The notes under the pieces: generated by a model
The model's input: only the letters and a program-made list of their open reading frames with translations
Databases searched by the model: none
Told to the model about the DNA's origin: nothing
Shown here: one piece after another, positions 1 to 13,545 of the stretch
Position numbering within the stretch: position 1 is the stretch's first letter
Layout: every line of letters starts with the position of its first letter
Program-made: the position numbers and the translations under genes
NCBI GenBank assembly: GCA_951406725.2
Contig: OX597834.1
Coordinates: 29,822,001-29,886,000, forward strand
Source: Octopus vulgaris
Lineage: Eukaryota
Reading direction: 5' to 3'
Length of the DNA stretch: 64,000 bases

Positions 1-98
1 GAGACACCTAGACATAAATCACCTCATAATGATGATAAATATCTGTTGGTATATTGACTTTGGGGTGGGTAGGGATATGGTTGGCTGTGTTTGCATGA

Positions 99-136
<38 letters not shown>

Positions 137-291
137 GCAGACACGTGTGTGTGTGTGTGTCTATGTATTTATATGTGTGTTAGTACCAGTCTGTCTATGC
201 ATGGCTGTGGTGGTTTATGGGAATACTTGTGTGTCAATAGATGTATGTCCGAGCATGAGTGTCTGCATATGCATCTGTATGTATGTGTTCA

Positions 292-294
<3 letters not shown>

Positions 295-371
<77 letters not shown>
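295..371. repeat. (TG)n microsatellite
   Basis: Uninterrupted TG run; source of the CVCV ORFs. Confidence 0.95.
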
Positions 372-373
<2 letters not shown>

Positions 374-945
374 ACTGTCTCTGTAAGTGTGAGTTTATGT
401 ATTTGTATGAAGACCAGCAACATTAAACAGTCTCCCAAACTTGTTTCCTTCTCTTCAAAAGCTATCTTATTGCAATACATCCTGTATATATATATGTATG
501 TGTGCTTTATTTATGTATGTATATATGTAATAATTTATGTAAGCAAGCATGTGCATGCATGTGAGTATGTATGTATGTGTATATACATGTGTATATATAA
601 AGTATTTTAGTAGTCAGTGTTAACTACATGTTATTTATGCATGAATTATAGACACATGAACATGTAGTGTACATGTTAATAGAACAGAGCAGAACAAAAG
701 ATCTTGAATGACTGAAAACAAAAGGAATTCCTTGCCAAAGTCGTTCCCTTTGTCCCTAACAAATGGGGAGGAATTTTCATAATTGTAGGCCTTTGCCCAG
801 TGATGCATTGGCTCCACCGTCTCTTCATCATTGCAGCATTATCTTTATCATCAACTGGTTGCACTGCCTGCATGTGTTTCCATGACACTCAGTCACAGTT
901 CAATTCTATTCAGCCGGTCAGAGGGGTTTCAATCTGTCACCTTAA

Positions 946-1165
946 CCCTTTTGTTACTGTATTTATTTTGAGATGCTCTGTGCTTCTTTCAATTACTATA
1001 AATATAACAAAGAATTTTGTAAAATGACTTGGTTATCATTCAGCTAGTATTAGGAACATAAATTGTGACTAAGGTTTGATGGAAGATTTTAATTCAAAAC
1101 TTTTGAAAACAAGACATTTGTACTCAGAGCCAGAGCCGGTTTCAGCCGGGTTGGTAACAAAAGGG
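946..1165. mobile_element. piggyBac-type MITE (220 bp)
   Basis: TTAA at 942-945 and 1166-1169; TIR CCCTTTTGTTAC / GTAACAAAAGGG. Confidence 0.85.
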
Positions 1166-2703
1166 TTAAATACACTTGACATAGGTCTTTGCTTGTCGTC
1201 CCCTAGCTCTTCCTTGTGTCAGGCTTCCACAAAAGAACCTCACTCACAATTTCATCTTCAGCTCTCCAGCAATGCCTTATGAATCTGACCCTACATTTTT
1301 TTGTTGATGTCTCGTACTGGATGAAGATTTTCATTTAGTCACTTGTTGGTCAGAAAATCTGTCTGGGTGACAGTCAATGAGAGTTACTGCAATATAAACA
1401 TAGGAGCAGCATCCATGGTTTTGTAATCAGCTAATGAAAGATTTATAATAACTCAAATTTTTTTATAGTGCACCCATAATAGGTTGTCAGTCTTGGATTT
1501 TCAGTAAACTACATCTTGATTGTCAGTGGGTGAACTTCTAGCAAGGTGGAGTAACAATTTACATCAAACATCTTAATCCGAATTGGGTTATTATAATTGG
1601 TAAAATATAATATATTACCAGGATGATACATATTAATTAACTTATTCTTCCCGTTTAAAAATAATTGTTATTTTCCTTCTTACAGAAGCTACAGAGGATT
1701 TTTCTATTTATGTATTTCTTACTATGAGCTGAGGAATAACCATGAAACATTAAAATTTACATGATTCTCATTTAGTTGCCATACATATCTGGACAAAGTG
1801 GTGGCATTATGTTTTTACTGGACTACTTAAAAGTGGATTTGAGAATTGCTTTTGTGAAATTTAGTGAATGTTGGAACTTGAAGTGATGTATGATATCTGC
1901 TTGGTAGACTATTGCTTCAGCATTATCTTTATGAACAAAGTGACATAAATGAATAGTTTGGCACTGCCTGTGGTTGCATGGGATTGGTTATTGCTTTGGT
2001 TACAAGGCTTAGCAACAGTTCAGTTATCAATCATGAAAATATTTCTAAGTGCTTGCCATGCTTTAACGCAGATGCTGCTTTCAATAAAGCTACCAACACC
2101 GGAAAAGTAGCGGAAATTTGTTTTGATATTTTACTGAACTTACGCAGTTTGTTTCTAATCCTGAAATATTTCAAAATCATATTTTCATATTTTTGGGCCT
2201 TAGAAAAGTACCACATGAAATTTCAGTTACATGGTTACATGTTTTCTGTTGGGATTTTCTTTTGTTTTTTTTTTGTTTGCTTTTTTTATTTTTTTATTTT
2301 TTGCTTATATTTACCTCAGTCGCAAATAGTGCCTCTCTTAGGTGTAAAACTGTTTCTTTTTCTTTGAATCCTATATGTTCTAAAGCCTTATTGTAATAAG
2401 CATCTGATCTGTCAACCATTGTTTTGTCTGTAAATATATTAGAAATTCACCTGATGATGTTTCTAACTAAATTACTTCAGATAACAGAAGGATAGTTGGA
2501 AATCTTAGCAATAAACATAAAATTTCCATTATGTTTTCAGTAGAGTATATATATATATTTGCCTGTAGTTAAATCTAACAATTCAAAAGTTGACTGCTTA
2601 TATGGTTCCTGGTTATGAAGCCTTCATTCTTGAAAAGTAGTGATTTAGTATGTTCTAATTTCATTTAACATGTGACCATAAATATTGTCATAGTTATGTG
2701 TAT

Positions 2704-3080
2704 GCCAACCACATGGTTCTGGGTTCAGTACCACTGCGTGGCACCTTGGGCAAGTGTCTTCTACTATAGCCTCGGGCCAACCAAAGCATTGTGAGTGGAT
2801 TTGGTAGATGGAAACTGAAAAGAAGCTCGTCGTATATATGTATATATATATATATGCGTGTGTGTGTTTGTGTGTCTGTGTTTGTCCCCCTAGCATTGCT
2901 TGACAACCGATGCTGGTGTGTTTATGTCCCCGTTACTTAGCGGTTCGGCAAAAGAGACCAATAGAATAAGTACTGGGCTTACAAAAGAATAAGTCCCGGG
3001 GTCGAGTTACTTGATTAAAGGTGGTGCTCCAGCATGGCTGCAGTCAAATGACTGAAACAAGTAAAAGGGTAAAAAGAGTA
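2704..3080 (+). mobile_element. SINE family A, 5'-truncated
   Basis: Matches full copies at 24445 and 62880: B-box-like GGTTCAGTACC, internal (TA)(TG) tract, GTAAAAGA-type tail. Confidence 0.9.
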
Positions 3081-3111
3081 TGTGTTTAATAATCAATTAC
3101 TATAGATTGTA

Positions 3112-3285
3112 AGGCAGCAAGCTGGCAGAATTCATTCCGTGATGGACAAAATGGTTATCAGCATTTCTTCCAACTTTCCATTCTGAGTTCAAGTGTCGCT
3201 GGCGTTGACTTTGCCTTTCATCCTTTCAGGGTCAATAACGTTTCCCCTGAAATCGCTGGCCTTGTGCCAAAATTTGAAACAAATT
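3112..3285 (+). mobile_element. SINE family B, diverged
   Basis: GCTGGCAGAA head and GACTTTGCCTTTCATCCTTTC core shared with the copies at 50587 and 52999. Confidence 0.75.
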
Positions 3286-3318
3286 ACCATGGATTGTATT
3301 GTTCCTCAGTTGTTTTAA

Positions 3319-3538
3319 CCCTTTAGCATTCAAACCGGCCATATCCGGCCAAAATATTTAACCTGTTTTATATTGAAACTGACCAGATCTCACCTCTCAC
3401 CTCAGCCCTACCATGTCATTCTAAAACTAAAAAACCACATCACTGCAATCTCTAAACTACAAGATAATGCATGATTAATTCAAAACAATATAAACAAACA
3501 AACATCACATTTGACAAAGTAATCTGAACACTAAAGGG
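3319..3538 (+). mobile_element. TTAA MITE, CCCTTTAG family
   Basis: TTAA|CCCTTTAG...CTAAAGGG; internal homology to 10734, 24323 and 63524. Confidence 0.85.
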
Positions 3539-3851
3539 ATAAATGCAAATATTTTGAAATTCAAATATATATTTATGTGCATATATTTGTATAAGTCTTT
3601 GCCACAATATTGTTGTGATATTGAGTATTTTCTGATCATCACCTTTGTAATTTTACATATCTCAAAGATACGGCATTTCAGTATTGTTAGATGTAACCAG
3701 GAAAAAATGTGTGCATGTGTGTGTGCGCGCATGTGTGTGTGTGTGTACATAAATGCATAAAAAATTCATGGATATACTGAGACATATGCATGAAAAATGT
3801 GGGTGCATATGGTCACACAATTATATGGCTGTGAGTGTGTGAGTGAGTATA

Positions 3852-3883
<32 letters not shown>

Positions 3884-4105
3884 TGTGTTGTGTGTGTAAG
3901 CAAGAGAGAGAGAGAGTGGGGAGACAGAAGGTGAGGAAGCGATATACATACAAAACTATTTTCCTTCCTGTTTCCATTTTAATTTTTTATTATTATTATT
4001 ATATTTTGATTACATAGGTTTTTTTTTGGGTTTTTTTCTTGAAATTAAATTACTAGTGAAAAATAAAAAAAAAAAAAAAATGTCAAAGAGACAAACAACT
4101 AATAT

Positions 4106-4155
<50 letters not shown>

Positions 4156-5029
4156 AAGAGAAAAGAAAGCAAGAGAAATTGCATGGAAGGGATCTTCTAA
4201 AATTCCATTCTGAAAAGGATTTTTGAAATGAAAAATTGCACACACACACACACACACACACACAGGGAATTGCTCTGGAAAGATATCGGTAAAATTTTTG
4301 AAATTTATTACTTTAGAATTTTTCAAATGCTATCCAATCTGAGAGTCTTGGTTTTTACTACTACTACTACTACAACTACTGCTACTACTACTACTGCTAC
4401 TGCTACTACTGCTGTTGCTGTTGATATTGCTGCTATTACTGCTGCTGCTGTTTTGTTGTTATTTCTCACAGATGTTTGAAAACAACAACAACAATAACAG
4501 CACTAATAATGCCAATAATAATAATAATATATGATTAATGTATGTATTTTTAGGATTTTTTTTCCTTTCTTTTTATTTATTTTTTTTTTTAAATATGATT
4601 ATTTATCACTCAAAAGATACTTCCTGTGGTGTACAGGAAATTAGAAAACCAAAATTGCCATCAACAACAATAACAAAAACAAACAACATTTGCCCTCTCA
4701 CTCACCCACCCACCCACTCCACTCAACCAACACTACTCCCCACTTTGCAGCCACGGCTGCCAATAATGAGGATAAAAATTATGCAAAAAAAAAAGAGATA
4801 ATATACAGCAGAACAAAAAAAAAAAAAAGATAAAGGATCAATACCAAGAATCCTGTTTAATTTCTGTTTCTTGTGATGTTGTGACATTCTTATAATAAGG
4901 AATATAAACCCTACCAGGGGGAGATAATTTCAGCTATATTAATACTTCTCGTACTGTCTTCATTTTTTAAAAATTTTGCTTTGTTACTAACTTTGTAATA
5001 TGTTTTTGTAGCTTTTTTTTTTGCCTTAC

Positions 5030-5161
5030 TTCTTTTGGTGGTGGTGGTGGTGGTGGTGGTGGTGGTGGTGGTGGTGGTGGTCTTTTACAAAGTGCAGCAT
5101 GAGGTATGGTGGGAGTACAGCAAGATGAGAGAACGTAGCAGGAGAAGGAAACATATCCCAT
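5030..5161 (-). CDS. candidate first coding exon, MGYVSFSCYVLSSCCTPTIPHAALCKR(P15)KE
   Basis: ACCATCATGG start context; exactly 44 codons then GAA|GTAAGG donor (phase 0); no protein family recognised. Confidence 0.4.
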
Positions 5162-6077
5162 GATGGTTTTGCATAAAATGTTATCTTCAATAATATTGTA
5201 CTTTTGTTCTCCTTGCTGTTGTTATTGTTGCTATTACTATTACTACTGCTGCTGCTGTTGTTGTTGTTGGTGGTGGTGGTGATGATGATGATGGTGTTTT
5301 ATTTACCCATTATTTCTGTTGTTGTTGTTGTTCTTTGCCTTTTCATTTTCTTTTTCCTTTTTCTTTTGAAAGGGTGGGGATAATTTTATCAATTTCTAGC
5401 TTTGGTCTCTAATTTTTTTACAATATTTTTTTGTTATTTGATTTTTTTGTTTGTTTGATTTTTTTTTTTAATCCAAATATTAAGTTTTGAAGCCTTTTAC
5501 AATTAATATCTGAGAAAAGATCAAGAAGAAGAAAAGATGATGATGAAGATGATAATGATGATGATGATGACAAAGATGATGACGATGATGCTATCTAGAG
5601 AGAAAAATTGAAAAAAGATGATGATGATGATGATAACAATGACGATGACGATGAAGATGACAATGATGACAATAAAGATGAAGGAGATAATGAGGTAGAC
5701 ATGGTTGAAAATGACACAGACAGACAGTCAGACATACAGACAGACAAACAGACAGATAGACATAATGACAGACAGATAGACACATCTCGTAAACTTTCTG
5801 CTCCTTCGTATTAAATTTTGATAAAATGCATCAAATAAAGACAAAAAAAATATTAAAAAAAAAAGATACAAGAATATTATAAAATTAATGTCATTAAGAG
5901 AAACGACACCAATAAATAAATATTTAAATATTTAAAATATGGAGAGAGAAAAATCAAAAAGGTCTCCATCTGTGTGTGTGTGTGTGTGTGTGTGTGTGGT
6001 TTTTTTTTTGGAGGAAGTGTATTTTTGTTGGGTTTTCTGTGTATCTTCTTCATGCAATCTTTTTCTTCATCCCCCCC

Positions 6078-6160
<83 letters not shown>

Positions 6161-6444
6161 CCAATTAATTTTATACTTCTGTGTTTAAAAAAAAAAATCA
6201 CAGTTGAAATTAGATTTCTTTAAAGTTTTAACTTTCAGACGCAAAAAGAAAAACAAAACAATTCTTTTAATTGTCGAAGTATTTGAAAATAAATTTAATA
6301 AAGAAAGAAAAAAAACACTTTAAGCAATAATAAAGATTTCGTAGATTGGCACATTTGTTACCAAGAAATAGAAGAGCTAAATGAAATGACCCTGGTGCAT
6401 GTTGGGTAATTTAGTATATTGACCTTACAGGAAAAAAAGTAATA

Positions 6445-6889
6445 ATAATCCTTTCTAATATTGGCAAAAGGCCTGAAATTTTAAGGCAATGGATAAGCTG
6501 ATTACATTGACCCCGGTACTTGACTGGTACTTTATTTCATTAACCTTGAAAGATGAAAGCAAAATTGACCTTAGAGGGATTTGGGCTCAGAATATAAAGA
6601 GCCAGAAAATATATTTCTAAGCATGTTGTCCAATGCCAGATCACAGTCTTTTGCTGCCTTAATAAGGATGATAATAATAATAATGGTTTTAAATTTTGGC
6701 ACATGGCCAGTAGTTCTGGGGAAGGGGATAAGTCAATTACATTAACCCCCAGTAATTAACTGGTACTTATTTCACTGACCTAAAACAATGAAAGGCAAAG
6801 TCAACTTTGACAGAATTTGAACCCAGGACACAATCGACAGATGAAATGCCATTAAACATTTGCCAGCTAACGATTCTGCCAGCTTACCA

Positions 6890-6890
<1 letters not shown>
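6445..6890 (-). mobile_element. two tandem diverged SINE family B copies
   Basis: ACTGGTACTT...GAAAGGCAAAGTC motifs twice; CpGs largely decayed. Confidence 0.7.
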
Positions 6891-6937
<47 letters not shown>

Positions 6938-7823
6938 CATCATCATCATCATCATCACAACACACCCCATTCGGGAGTTTGAACTCAGTAAACTGACCAA
7001 ATCACTAGAACGTCTTCCCTTTCTGTTAAGAGTTCTTAGTTCAAATCCTACCAAAGTTAGTTTTGCATCTCATTCTTCCAGAGTCGATAAAATAGAATTT
7101 AAAAAAAAAAAAATCAGTTAAATATTTAGCTCAGTTCAATATAGCCAGACAGGAATGGAACTGTAATCAAAGACTCTGGCTCTGCAAATTAGTCTGTCTT
7201 TTTTGTCACAATGGTAAAGATTAAAGATAAAGTCGACCGATGTTGGACTTCTTTCTCTTCGTACTTGTAGGTTGATAAGGGCATGAAGGTCACAAGTGCT
7301 CTCCACTAGAGATTATAGAGAGTATAATCAGCGATTGATAGATACCTCTGATTTTAATCAATCAAGTAGCAATTGATTTTATCACACGCTTGTGTGAGAT
7401 AAACAAAATACAAGCTGATTGATTCAATGGATGATTGTCATTAAAATTGATTTAATTTACAAATCTCATTGGTTGATTAAATTTGTCTTAATTAGATATT
7501 TTTTAAATGATAATTTTTTTTTTTAAAAAAAAGCAAGTAGTTTACTTCTGTTTTTCATTTTATTTAATATAAAATCATTCTGGTTTTTGTTGTCTTTTTG
7601 TAAATTAAAAGAAACAACAATCAATAGCATTACACAATAAACGAGATAAAAGAAATAATTCAATAACGAACAAAATGACATTTCTAGTCTGGTTCTTCAT
7701 CAAGGTATATGTAGAGGTTGTCAAAAACACATCAGCAGTTCAATGTAATTATTTTAAACCATCAAAATTAGATGGGAAATAATTATGCGAATATTCACAC
7801 ACACACACACACAAATACATCTC

Positions 7824-8233
7824 TTTACTCTTTACTCTTTTACTTGTTTCTGTCATGTTACTGTGGCCATGCTGGAGCACCGCCTTTAGTCGATCAAATC
7901 GACCCCAGGACTTATATTTTGTAAGCCTGGTGCTTATTTTATCGGTTTCTTTTTTGCTGAACCGCTAAGTTACGGGGACATAAACACACCAGCATCAGTT
8001 GTCAAGCGATGTTGGGGGAACAAACACAGACAAACACGCACACACACATATATATATATATATATACTTATATATATGACGGGCTTCTTTCAGTTTCCGT
8101 CTACCAAATCCACTCACAAGGCTTTGGTCGGCCCGAGGCTATGACACTTACCCAAGGTGCCACACAGTGGGACTGAACCCGGAACCATGTGGTTGGTAAG
8201 CAAGCTACTTACCACACAGCCACTCCTACGCCT
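7824..8233 (-). mobile_element. SINE family A, near full length
   Basis: Reverse complement of family A with TACTCTTT tail repeats and head CACAGCCACTCCTACGCC. Confidence 0.9.
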
Positions 8234-10369
8234 ACATCTAATACTGATTGTATGGTATTTCAGATATTAAAGAACTCTGAATCCAGTCTCTGGTCATGTA
8301 ATCAGATTAGTAGACAACACCAATCTAAAGTTTTTATACAACCAATTTTGTTGTATAAATGTTGAGAGAGACCTCTCTCAAGACAAATTTGAATTTTTCT
8401 AATTCATAAATATACCCACAACCTTTAAAAAAATTGAGCAAATCCACAAATTATGGATTAATCTGTGTTGTACTATATAGGCACTCTGTTACTCTCTTAC
8501 TTCTGCTAAATATTAATGAAAATATATGTATGTATGTTTGCATATTTATGTGTACACGTGTATGTGTATGCATATGCGTGTGAGCATACACACACATATA
8601 TATCTTTATATGGAAAGATCATTACTTGATTTTGATCTGCTTTATGGAAAAAATATCTTAATATTTTTCATATAGTGATTAGTATCCTAGATACAAAAAA
8701 CATTTTCGAGTCTATTGCTCTTTATGTTTTGTAGTGGTTAAAAAATAAATGCAATAATTTAAAAGGTAGTTGTATATTGAAACGATGGATTCATTTTTAC
8801 ATGGAATACAAATGCCCAATATTTTGATAAATTTAGGAAAAACTTTTTTAAATTACAAAGACAGACTTAAACCTAAGATCAAATTTGTATGTATTTAATT
8901 TTTTTAGATATAACCCGAGAACTAAAAACAAATGAATATTCGTGTTTTAATGAATGTAAATTATAATGCATAAATGAATCCTCGATGCAAAACCCTGGCA
9001 CAATAGTTTAATTACGTCTGTTAGAATACATTTCTCTAGTATTATACTTGATAGATCTTCTTTCAGTGAAGTAAGCCATCATTAAATGAATCAGTAAAAG
9101 CTTGTTTGATTTTTGCGGAGCAAAAAAGATTTCTGTCCTTATATGCAAATGAAAGGTCTTGACCAACCTGAAAATATGTTGTTGTGTCATATTATTTGGG
9201 TTCTGTAAAACATTAGTGTTTATATTTAGCCTTTACTCTGCAGGGTGCGCTTTACTAAACCATACATCATAGCCATCCATGACCACCATGTCTGCTTTTT
9301 GGCTACAAAGATTGTTTTGTTTCTTTGGGTGATTTCTGTAACAAGTTTTTTTTATGACACTTGGCTCCACCCTCTTCTTTTACCAGAAATTGAGACCTGC
9401 TGGTTGTGGTTCTACTCAATCAGAGTTGACCTAGGGTTAAACAACAACCAGAGCAATACTAGATACAAGTATCAACCACTGGACAACTACCACCACCACC
9501 ACCACCACACCACAAGTAATATATAACAACTACTGTAACCATCACCACCACCAACAACAAGACCATCATTACAACACCATCAGAATACTATCACCAATAC
9601 CCCTCCCCCAGACAACCTTTCTACTACTGAGACCATACTACCACCACCACCACCACCACCACCACCACCACTACCATTTTCATACAACCTATACCGTGAC
9701 CACTACAACACAACCACTATCATAACACACTACCTCCACCATCACTTAGCTATCACTATTATTACCACCTCCACCACAACCTATAACTATCAGTACCACC
9801 ATTACCACCACCACCATTATACTGTAGCCCTGCCACTATCTCCACCACCACCACCACCACCATGGCCAGACCACTGTCGCTGCCACCACCACCATCATTA
9901 TATAGCAGCCCTACTACCACCCCCCCCCCCGCCCGCCACCATCATGATACAGTAGCCCTATCACTATCTCCCACCACGACCACCCCCACACACTAACACA
10001 ACCCTACATGGAATATTTACATTTGTTACTCTAAGCTGTCACTTTGAACACTAATCACCTGGTAATAATTTAAAACATAATATCCTGTCTTGTCATTCAT
10101 TGTAGTGGTGGTGGTGGTGGTGGTGGTGGTGGCGGTGGTGATGGTGGTAGTGGTAGTGGTGGTGTTTAGAGTTTCTGCAGTTAATCTAGTAATGTGAGGG
10201 GGGAAGGTACAGCAGGGTCTACATGATGATGATGATGGTAGCAGTGGCTTGTGTGATGGAGTAGTAGTGCAATGGTGGTGGTGGTGGTGGCGGTGGTTGT
10301 AATGGTGGTAGTGGTGATGGTGTGGTATATAGCAGTTCTTAATGAGGTGATGGTTGTGTGTGGTAGTGT

Positions 10370-10540
10370 TGCTGTTTAGCCTCAGGGTCAACCTATGATC
10401 AATGACATTCCAGTCGTGACCACTACCTCATATTCAGGAATGTCTAAAACTCCCTCATCTAATGCATCCTTTCCTCATTGAAGATACTGATGTGATTTGA
10501 GGATGATTTAGCATCTATTTCTAATGTGTCAAGAAGCCAA
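10370..10540 (-). mobile_element. old dispersed repeat family G
   Basis: Similar to segments near 22420, 29760, 32620 and 58760 (TAGAAATAGCAGCCAAATCTCCCTC-like; GACCT.GGG.TAAACAAC tail). Confidence 0.5.
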
Positions 10541-10733
10541 ATCACATTAGTAGTGTTTGACATTAACGGCAGATGATGTTGCATAATAATGGAAAGTAAA
10601 GTCACCAGTAGTGGAATTTGTACTCACAACATACAGTAGCATAATTAAGTACTAAAGATGATTTAGTCCAGTTTCCTACGTGGTCGCTTGTTTATAAATC
10701 ACTTCCCACAAATTATGTCGCATCTTGATTTAA

Positions 10734-10950
10734 CCCTTTAGGTTTTAAACTGGCCAGATCCAGCTCAAATATCCTCCCTGTTTCATGTTCAAACTGGACA
10801 GATCTGGCTTCTCACACTTGCCCGACATTGTCATTCTAAAACTATACACTTTACTGAAACCCTGAAGCTATGAGATAATGCGGGATTAATTCAAAACAAT
10901 GTGAATGAATAAGCATTACATTTGACAGGGTTAATCTGAACACTAAAGGG
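10734..10950 (+). mobile_element. TTAA MITE, CCCTTTAG family
   Basis: TTAA|CCCTTTAG...CTAAAGGG, 217 bp. Confidence 0.85.
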
Positions 10951-10959
10951 TCATAAATT

Positions 10960-11996
10960 TTGATAGAAAAATTGGGAAAATAGGTGAATGAATCAGTTGT
11001 AAGGATGGAAACGTATCACCAGTATCAAAGCATAAAAAGCATTCTAAACCCTCTGAAATCATCAGAACACCTGAGTTTATCCAGCAAGTTCAACAGACCA
11101 TTGATTACAATCTCAGAAAGTCCATGAGGTCAATTGCAAAAGGTTTCCATGTTTCAGAAGGAACAGTCAGAAATGTTGTCCATGAAGACATCAGATATAA
11201 GTCTTATATGATGAGGAAAGGTCATTTTGTCAGAAAAGGCAAAAGAAAATCACAACATCAGATCTAAAAGGCTCTTAAACAAACTGAAAAATCCAGCAGA
11301 AGATTTGATTTGGTTTTTCTTAAGCAAGAAAAGCTTCCACCAAGATCAAAAAGTTAACAGAAGAAATGACGAATGGTTATGTGCAGATCTTTCTGAAGTT
11401 CCAATTATTATGCATACAAAATTTCCTGCAACTGTCATGGTTTTAGAGGATGTGTGATAGCTCCTTCCTTCTTTCCACAATGCCTTAGAGTTAACTCTGC
11501 CACCTACACTGAGGTCCTGGAAATAATTGTTAAGCCCTGGATAGACAGTGTATGCAATGGAAGGCCATATGTGTTTTAGTAAGGCTCTGCACTATCACAC
11601 ATGGCTCTAGTAACACTGGAATAGATGGCTGAAAATTTTCCCGATCATATAACCCCTAACATTTGGCTTCCTAATTCCCCAGATCTCAATCCATTGGACT
11701 ATTACATGTGGCGCATTGTTGAGAGAGAGGTCAATGAACATGCCCTTATCGCCAAAGATTCTTTGAAAGCTACCATAGTCAGAGTAATGTCCAAAATAAA
11801 CTAGGACCACTTGATTTGAGCATGTAGATGATTTAGATCTCATATAGACACAGTTGTTGAAGCTGGAAGTGGCTTTATTGAATAACATTACAGAAAAGAA
11901 GGTTTATTTTGATCCTCGTAGCATTTTTTGATAAATGAAGTTATTATCTGTTTTTTTATAAATATACATCTGTCCTCAAATACCTTACGCACCCTG
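10960..11996 (+). mobile_element. decayed Tc1/mariner transposon, DD37D(maT)-like transposase
   Basis: Manual translation across stops and frameshifts: KSMRSIAKGFHVSEGTVRNVVHEDIRYKSY, QKVNRRND, TKFPATVMV, WLPNSPDLNPLDYYMW; right end CACCCTG|TA. Confidence 0.85.
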
Positions 11997-12022
11997 TATA
12001 TATACATTCATACATACATACA

Positions 12023-12054
<32 letters not shown>

Positions 12055-12121
12055 GATAGATAGATGTAGCAACAGCACAAGAATCAATGTATATATATAT
12101 ATACACTTAGAAATGGATACA

Positions 12122-12157
<36 letters not shown>

Positions 12158-12298
12158 TATATGCATACACACACATGTACATGTATGTATATAAATATAT
12201 GCATATATAAATGGGTGGGAGGATAGAGAAAAAGAAGTGGTGGAGAAGGAAATGTAAATGAAAAAAAGGGAAGAAAACAAGAAAAAAATGAAGGGAAG

Positions 12299-12329
<31 letters not shown>

Positions 12330-13075
12330 AGGTGGAAAAGGAGAAGAAAAAAGGAAGAGTGAACGAAAGGAAAAGGAAAGAAAAGAGGAAGGTTTCAGTG
12401 TAATATAATTTGTAAGGATTAATTTTCTATTGTTGAAGACACAGACACAGCAAAAAAAAAAAAAAAAAGAAGAAGAGGAGGAGAAAAAAGAAAGCGAAGG
12501 CTTAGAATTGCCCTTGACAAGAACATATCAGTTAAGACAGGTGAATTAGGATTAGATAAATCCTAACAGAGTATCAATTAAGAACAGATTACCTGGTACT
12601 CTCTTTGCAGATCTTCAACTCCTCCACCCCCACCCCCCCCCCCCACACACACACACACACACACACACAGGGTTGGTCTCGGTAGACTTTATTAATTTAC
12701 CCACCAGACTTTACAAAAAAAGTAAAAATACAGTTCACAACACAACTCTCGCATAATTTTCTTTTTCATTCATTCCGTTTGACTTTGATACACTTTCTAT
12801 AAGTCTCTCTCTTTCTCTATCTGTTTCTTCTTTTTCCCCAGCATTTTCTCTTTTCTCTCTCTCTCTATCTCTCTCTTCCTCTTCCTGTGCCCTCTCTCTC
12901 TCTCTCTCTCACTCTATCTATGTCTAGCTGTCTCATTTCCTTATCTCTTTCTGTGCCCTTTTCCTTCTTTCTCTGAATTCAGCCATCACACTCTCACAGT
13001 CATTGATATTAACATGTGTGTGTGTGTGTGTGTGTGTGTGAATATATATATATATACATATACATGTCTGTGTTT

Positions 13076-13087
13076 GTCGTATATATG

Positions 13088-13118
<31 letters not shown>

Positions 13119-13344
13119 TTGTGCGTGTATGTCTTTGTGTCTGTGTTTGTCCCCCTAGCATTGCTTGACAACTGATGCTGGTGTGTTTATGTCCCCGTCA
13201 CTTAGCGGTTCGGCAAAAGACCGATAGAATAAGTACTGGGCTTACAAAGAATAAGTCCCGGGGTCGATTTGCTCGACTAAAGGCGGTGCTCCAGCATGGC
13301 CGCAGTCAAATGATTGAAACAAGTAAAAGAGTAAAAAGAGAGTA
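13076..13344 (+). mobile_element. SINE family A, 3' two-thirds
   Basis: Near-identical to the 3' part of 24445-24835. Confidence 0.9.
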
Positions 13345-13545
13345 TACATATTCATGCATATACAGATATATATATATATATAATGTATATATATACCTCT
13401 CTGCTTTAGACATGAGGCCTGAAAGTTGGGAAAGTGGGAAGATAAAATAAGTGTCAACTGATACATATCTTGTCGACCCTGTGAGGATGAAAAGCACAAT
13501 TGACTTTAGCAGAATTTGAACACAGAGCTTGTATATAATATATAT

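Noticed and set aside
1180-1420. Very old LINE RT fragment
   Set aside because: Only a vague resemblance (R..VWVTVN); too degraded to support.
2451-2530. CTGATGA followed by a hairpin
   Set aside because: No GAAA core or stem I complement was found.
4605-4660. Minus-strand acceptor and possible microexon
   Set aside because: The acceptor is plausible, but there is no convincing donor or supporting evidence.
12587-12640. Minus-strand CAG|GTAATC donor
   Set aside because: It is an isolated splice-like motif without a definable exon start.
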